A DNA stretch of 64,000 nt from contig JBGPIA010000001.1 in NCBI GenBank assembly GCA_041484665.1, positions 512,001-576,000 of the forward strand, in the 5' to 3' direction. Below the pieces are notes generated by a model. It did no database searches and was not told where the DNA came from. It saw only the letters and a list, made by a program, of their open reading frames with translations. A program made the translations under genes and the position numbers. Source of the DNA: Candidatus Krumholzibacteriia bacterium (GTDB lineage Bacteria; Krumholzibacteriota; Krumholzibacteriia; JAJRXK01). Within the stretch, counting starts at the first letter, position 1. Each line of letters starts with the position of its first letter. Positions 58,954 to 64,000 of this stretch are shown piece after piece.

Positions 58954-60339
58954 TTAGCCCGGAATCCTCCGCTCCGTCATCGCGCGCGGGTCGAGGATGC
59001 GCACCAACTCCTCCTCGCTCAGCCCGCTCTCCTCGCGTGCGACCTCGCGCACGGTCCGGCTCTCCGCCCACGCGCGCTGCGCGATGGCGGCGGCCCGGTC
59101 GTAGCCGATGCGGGGCGCCAGCGCCGTGGCCAGCGCGAGGCAGCCTTCCAACTGCGCGGCGCAACGTTCGCGGTCCGCCTCCAAGCCGTTCACGCACTTC
59201 TCGCTCAGCACGTGGCACGCGTTGGCCAGCAGCTCGATGGACTGCAGCAGGTCGTAGGCGATCAAAGGCATCATCGTGTTCAGCTCGAGCGTCCCGGCGG
59301 CGCCGGCGAACGCGATGGCAGCGTCGTGGCCCATCACCTGGGCGCAGACCATGGCCACCGCCTCGGGGATGACGGGATTGACCTTGCCGGGCATGATGCT
59401 GCTGCCGGGCTGCAGCTCGGGCAGCTTCAGCTCGCCCAGCCCCGCACGGGGACCGCTGCCCAGCCAGCGCAGATCGGTCGTGATCTTGTACAGACTGACG
59501 GACAGCCCGCGCAGCTGTCCCGACAACTCGACTGCCGCGCCTCGCGCTCCCAGCGCCTCGAAACAGTCGCCCGCGGGCAACAGCTGCAGCCCCGTGGCCG
59601 CGCTCAGAGCCGCCGCCGCCCGTCGCGGGAACTCCGCGTGCGTGTTGATCCCGGTGCCCACGGCCGTGCCCCCCAGCGGCAGCTCGCACAAGGACGTCGC
59701 GCTGCGCTCGATGCGCGCCGCGCCCAGCTCCAGCATCGCGGCGTAGCCACCCAGCTCCTGGCCCAGGCGCACCGGCGTGGCATCTTGCATGTGCGTGCGG
59801 CCCACCTTGATCACGTCGCCGTACTCGGTGGCCTTGCGCGCGAAGGCGGCCTCTAGCGCACGCAGCGCCGGCAGCAGTCGGAAGGTCGTGGTCTCCAGCG
59901 CGGCAACGTGGATCGCGGTGGGGATGACGTCGTTGCTGCTCTGGCCGAGGTTCACGTGGTCGTTGGGGTGCACGGGCGAGCCCAGGATCTGGCTCGCGCG
60001 GCGCGCCAGCACCTCGTTGGCATTCATGTTCGTGCTGGTGCCGCTGCCGGTCTGGAACACGTCGACGGGGAAATGCCCGTCGAGCGCCCCGTCGACCAGC
60101 TCGTCGGCCGCCCGCGCGATCGCCTCGGCGCGCTCGCGCTGCAGCAGGCCCAGATCCGCGTTGACCCGGGCCGCTGCGCGCTTGATCAAGCCCAGCGCGC
60201 GCAGCATCGGGCGCGGCATGCGCAGCCCGCTGATCGGGAAGTTCTCGACGGCGCGCTGCGTCTGGGCTCCGTAGAGCGCCTCGTCCGGGACCCGGATCTC
60301 GCCCAGGGAATCGCGCTCCACCCGTGTCTTTGCCATCAT
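58954..60339 (-). CDS. fumC: Fumarate hydratase class II
   Basis: FQTGSGTSTNMNANEV, HPNDHVN, GRTHMQDA, GSSIMPGKVNP; GGAGG RBS. Confidence 0.93.
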   Translation of the reverse strand: MMAKTRVERDSLGEIRVPDEALYGAQTQRAVENFPISGLRMPRPMLRALGLIKRAAARVNADLGLLQRERAEAIARAADELVDGALDGHFPVDVFQTGSGTSTNMNANEVLARRASQILGSPVHPNDHVNLGQSSNDVIPTAIHVAALETTTFRLLPALRALEAAFARKATEYGDVIKVGRTHMQDATPVRLGQELGGYAAMLELGAARIERSATSLCELPLGGTAVGTGINTHAEFPRRAAAALSAATGLQLLPAGDCFEALGARGAAVELSGQLRGLSVSLYKITTDLRWLGSGPRAGLGELKLPELQPGSSIMPGKVNPVIPEAVAMVCAQVMGHDAAIAFAGAAGTLELNTMMPLIAYDLLQSIELLANACHVLSEKCVNGLEADRERCAAQLEGCLALATALAPRIGYDRAAAIAQRAWAESRTVREVAREESGLSEEELVRILDPRAMTERRIPG

Positions 60340-60402
60340 CACACCTCCGCGCGGCGCGCTGTCGGAGTTTCCCCGCGCGGCACGCTTCCGCATTCTCGTG
60401 CC

Positions 60403-61461
60403 CTACACCTGCACGTCGCCGCGAGCGTAGTCCTTCAGCCGCACCACTTGCTCGCGGCGACCGAGCACGATCATCACGTCACCGGACTGCAGGCGTACGT
60501 CGGGACCCGGGTTGTAGGCGTACGCGCCCGGCTGGTCGCCGGGCCGGATCGCCAGCACGGTGAGCCCAGTGCGCCGGGGGATCTGCGCCTCGGCGAGTGT
60601 CTTGCCCACCAACGACGAGGTCGGCGGCACCTGGGCCTCCTCCAGGCGCAGATCGATGTCGTGGCCGGTCATCGTCACGTCCAGGAAGCTCACCACCGAG
60701 GGGCGCAAAAGCGCCGACGCCATGCGGATGCCGCCGGTGGTCACCGGCGAGATCACATGGTTGGCGCCGGCACGCTCGATCTTGTTCACCGACTCCTCGT
60801 CGTTGGCGCGCGCCACCACCGTGAGGTCGGGCTTCATCCCCCGCGCGGTCATGCACACCAGCAGGTTGTCCGCATCCTGGCGCAGGCAGGCCGCCAGCCC
60901 CCGCGCCGACTCGATGCGCGCGCTGCCCAGGGTGTGCTCTTTCAACGCGTCGCCCTCCAGCACCAAAGCGTCGGGGATCAGCTCGCTGAACGCCGCGATG
61001 CGCCCCGGGTCGTTCTCGATCACGACCAGCGGGTGATCGGAACGACGGATCTCCGCCGCCACCATGCGGCCGATGCGGCCCGCACCGCAAACGATGTAAT
61101 GTTCGCGGAGCCCTTCGATCCTCTTGCTCATCTGGCGCCTCCGCAGCAAGCCCCCCAGGTCAATCTCGATGATCAGCGCGGTGGTCAGAGCCCACCAGAT
61201 CCCCAGCCCGGTGATCCCCAACGCGATGACCGCCAGTGTGAACATGCGGCCGGCGTCGGAGAGGGGCCGCACCTCCATGAAACCCACCGAGGTCAGCGTG
61301 GTGACGGCCATGTAGAGGCACTCGAGCCAGCTCCAGCGCTCGAGGAGGTGATACCCCACAGTGGAGATGAGCGCGACCACAGTCAAGTAGAGCGCAGCGA
61401 ACAGGAAACGTTGCACGAACGGCTGCAGAGCTCCGCGAAGCGTGTCGGCGCGCTGCCGCAT
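60403..61461 (-). CDS. 2-TM potassium-channel family protein with RCK_N and RCK_C domains
   Basis: TTLTSVGFMEV pore loop, HYIVCGAGRIG, GANHVISP, GKTLAEAQI. Confidence 0.88.
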   Translation of the reverse strand: MRQRADTLRGALQPFVQRFLFAALYLTVVALISTVGYHLLERWSWLECLYMAVTTLTSVGFMEVRPLSDAGRMFTLAVIALGITGLGIWWALTTALIIEIDLGGLLRRRQMSKRIEGLREHYIVCGAGRIGRMVAAEIRRSDHPLVVIENDPGRIAAFSELIPDALVLEGDALKEHTLGSARIESARGLAACLRQDADNLLVCMTARGMKPDLTVVARANDEESVNKIERAGANHVISPVTTGGIRMASALLRPSVVSFLDVTMTGHDIDLRLEEAQVPPTSSLVGKTLAEAQIPRRTGLTVLAIRPGDQPGAYAYNPGPDVRLQSGDVMIVLGRREQVVRLKDYARGDVQV

Positions 61462-61494
61462 CTCGTCCTCTCCGGACCGCGCTGCCGCGCGGGC

Positions 61495-62709
61495 TCAGCT
61501 CTTGTCGCGCTCGAGGAGCCAGGCGCAGTCCATCAGTCGGCTGCCCTCGCCGTCGGTCACGGCGTACTTGCCGCCGCTCCACATCGATACACCGGCGTGT
61601 TCGCCCTTCTTGTTCACGATGTAGTACTTGATATCGAACTGCGGCCGCCCCTTGGCGTCGCGCAGGCGGCGCTCGCACGCCGCTGCGACGCGCCGCAGCA
61701 CCTCCATGCCGGCCTCCAGCGGGCTCTTGCCCTGGCGCATCTGCTCGACGGCCACGAAGCTGCCCAGACGCTGGAGGTTCTCCTCGCCGCGGCCGGTGCT
61801 GCCGGCCGCACCCACAGCGTTGTCGACATAGAGGCCGGCGCCCAGAATCGGCGAGTCGCCCACACGCCCGGGAATCTTGTAGGCCAGCCCGCTGGTGGAC
61901 GTGCAGCCGGCGAGATTCCCAAGTGCGTCAAGCACGTTGCAGTTGACGGTGCCAAAGACGTGCTCGTCCATGAAATCGACATGGCCGCGCCGCGGACGCC
62001 ACGGCGCCGGAGCGTCCGCCGCGCGGGGCGCGCCTGGACGGCCCGCTGAGCCCGGCGTCCCTACCCCACCGGCTGCCCCCACCGCCCCCGGCCGCGCCGG
62101 CACGAGCTCCCCGGTGCGCTTGTCCTGTGTCTCGGGTGGCGGCAGCCAATCGTCCTGGTCGCTGAGCGTCTCCTTCCAGTGCAGCCACTTCATCCGCGAG
62201 GACTCGGTCAACAGGTTCTCCTCCTTGAAGCCATGAGCCCGGGCGAAGCGCAACGCCCCCTCCCCCACCAGCAGTACGTGATCGGTGCGGAAGGCCACGA
62301 GCTTGGCCACCTGGCTGGGGTTGCGGATGTTCTGCAGCGCTGCCACCGCCCCGCCGCGTGCCGTCGGCCCGTGCATGCAACTCGAGTCGAGCTCGACGAC
62401 GCCCTCCTCGTTGGGCAAGCCGCCGAGGCCAACCGATTCGTCCAACGGATCGTCCTCGATGATATTGACGCCGGCGATCGCCGCGTCGAGCGGGTCGGCC
62501 CCGCCCTGGAGCAGCTCGTAGGCGCGGGCGGTGGCGCGCAGGCCGTTGGCGCTGGAGATGACGACGGGCGGCCTGCCCACTGTCGTCTTGCCCAGAGCGG
62601 GTTTGCTCTGGGCCAGCAGCGCGGTAGGCCAGAGAGCGGTGGTCGATACGGACGCTGCGGCGGCGGCGAGGCCTCCGACGAGAAAGCGGCGGCGGGTGGT
62701 CGTGGGCAT
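61495..62709 (-). CDS. Tat-exported N4-(beta-N-acetylglucosaminyl)-L-asparaginase / type-2 asparaginase
   Basis: TRRRFL Tat motif, SVGLGGLPN, GTV nucleophile, TSTSGLAYKIPGRVGDSP, TGRGE. Confidence 0.9.
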   Translation of the reverse strand: MPTTTRRRFLVGGLAAAAASVSTTALWPTALLAQSKPALGKTTVGRPPVVISSANGLRATARAYELLQGGADPLDAAIAGVNIIEDDPLDESVGLGGLPNEEGVVELDSSCMHGPTARGGAVAALQNIRNPSQVAKLVAFRTDHVLLVGEGALRFARAHGFKEENLLTESSRMKWLHWKETLSDQDDWLPPPETQDKRTGELVPARPGAVGAAGGVGTPGSAGRPGAPRAADAPAPWRPRRGHVDFMDEHVFGTVNCNVLDALGNLAGCTSTSGLAYKIPGRVGDSPILGAGLYVDNAVGAAGSTGRGEENLQRLGSFVAVEQMRQGKSPLEAGMEVLRRVAAACERRLRDAKGRPQFDIKYYIVNKKGEHAGVSMWSGGKYAVTDGEGSRLMDCAWLLERDKS

Positions 62710-63082
62710 ACTTGCGCTCCTTCGTTCGCGGGGCCGCTGCTGCGGCGCGATCGGGGCGATCCACAGGGGGCCCCGCAGCAGAGCCGAGCGACAGACTACA
62801 GGAGACCCGCGAAAGATTCCCTGGGGAAACTGCCCGTGCCAGCGGGGCGACTCCCCCCGCAGGGGCCGCGTCGCGCGGCAGTCCCGCCACGCCCGCGCGG
62901 TGGCATCCTTTCCGGGACGGCGGCCCGGTGCTAGGATGCGCGCACGCAACCGTCGGCGCCCGACGCTCGGCGCGGCACCGCCATCGCCGGTGTTGCGGCC
63001 GCCCCGAGGACCCGCTGCGCAACCCGGCCGCCGGGCGTCCGTACCACGAACGTCGGACCGTCCCTTCCCAGGAGCCTCACTC

Positions 63083-64000
63083 ATGCGGAAAGCCGGCAAG
63101 ATCGCTCTGGGATGCCTGGGCATCCCTGTGGTGTTGGTCCTGTTCATGATCATGCTCGCCCTCGGTTTCAAGGCCGCGGGCGTGCCGGCGCCCAAGATCG
63201 TAACTAAGGAGCTCGGCCAGCCGCTGGCCAGCGGGGCGGGCGCAGCGGGGTCATCGGCAGCGCCGGCGTCTGCGGGCGCAGCGGGCGCCTCAGCCAGCGC
63301 AGGCGAGCCCGCCCACGCCGGTGCGCCGGCCGCCAGCTCGGGTGGCGGCGTCCCAGCGACGGTGCTGGAGACCCGCGCTGCATCGCCAACGCCGGCCGGC
63401 GAGCCGGGCGCAAGCCTGCTGCTGTCGGCCGCCAAGCCGGTGCGCGTGCTGCTGGAGATGGAAGAAGGCATGTTCGAGATCCTGCCCGGTCCGCCGGAGC
63501 AGGGCATCCAGGTGAAGGCGGACTACGACGAGTCGACCTACGAGCTGACGCAGGAGTACGACGTCGACAAGGATGGCACGCCCGTCTACCACCTGCGCTT
63601 CTGCTCCAAGATCGCGTTCCTGCGCCGCCTCATGAAGAACGGCCATTTCAGCGACGAGGATATGGCCGCCAACCGCATTCGCGTCCAACTGCCGCGCGAC
63701 ACGCCGATGGAGCTGGTCATGGCATTGGATCGGTCTCAGACCGAGATCGATCTCTCCGGCGTGGCGCTGCGCCAGGCGGTGTGCAAGCTGCGCATGGGCG
63801 AATATCGGCTCGATGTGAACGAGCCCAATCCGGTGGCGATGGAGACGTTTCTGGTCGACTCCAGCATGGGGCAGGTGCGCATGGGAGGGCTGTCGCGGCT
63901 GCGCGCCCACCGACTGATCACGCAGGGAATGATGGGGGAGATGCGCATGGACCTGGGCGGCGCACTGCGCAATGAGACGCTGCTGGAGGCGCGCATGCGC
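63083..64000 (+). CDS. Membrane-anchored hypothetical protein with beta-repeat (toast-rack/DUF4097-like) region; truncated at the window edge
   Basis: AGGAG then ATG at 63083; MRKAGKIALGCLGIPVVLVLF; xMG repeats; no stop before the edge, so it is absent from the ORF track. Confidence 0.7.
   Translation, partial: MRKAGKIALGCLGIPVVLVLFMIMLALGFKAAGVPAPKIVTKELGQPLASGAGAAGSSAAPASAGAAGASASAGEPAHAGAPAASSGGGVPATVLETRAASPTPAGEPGASLLLSAAKPVRVLLEMEEGMFEILPGPPEQGIQVKADYDESTYELTQEYDVDKDGTPVYHLRFCSKIAFLRRLMKNGHFSDEDMAANRIRVQLPRDTPMELVMALDRSQTEIDLSGVALRQAVCKLRMGEYRLDVNEPNPVAMETFLVDSSMGQVRMGGLSRLRAHRLITQGMMGEMRMDLGGALRNETLLEARMR

Noticed and set aside
1..64000. Mobile element, prophage or defence island
   Set aside because: No integrase, transposase, phage, restriction-modification or toxin-antitoxin genes recognised; composition looks uniform.

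Overview
Very GC-rich, gene-dense 64-kb chromosomal window from a diderm bacterium. Three secreted proteins ending in a PNPF/FlgD-Ig-type C-terminal domain suggest an FCB-related lineage such as Ca. Eisenbacteria, Krumholzibacteria or Latescibacterota (inference). About 50 CDS; no rRNA, tRNA, CRISPR, integrase or transposase seen. Most content is housekeeping, transport and secreted hydrolases: penicillin acylase, DegT, a btu-like ABC plus PduO-type adenosyltransferase, FIST, MacA/MacB-like, DPP-IV, hemH, arfB, pruA, TerC, KimA, a TetR-ybh-like efflux operon, S9 and M14 peptidases, EEP nuclease, fumC, a K+ channel and a Tat asparaginase. Best candidate for an undescribed system: a translationally coupled operon at 11.8-18.1 kb encoding a receiver protein, an ~1130-aa membrane-anchored HEAT solenoid, and a processive GT2 synthase fused in frame, through an internal signal-peptide-like segment, to a YaiO-like outer-membrane barrel (possible signal-peptidase-cleaved inner-membrane/outer-membrane polyprotein). 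Also notable: a stand-alone RelA/SpoT-synthetase-like protein with altered motifs, four tandem NHL lipoproteins behind their own promoter, tandem repeats at convergent gene junctions, and repeat-expanded linkers. Family calls come from motif recognition only; no searches were run.
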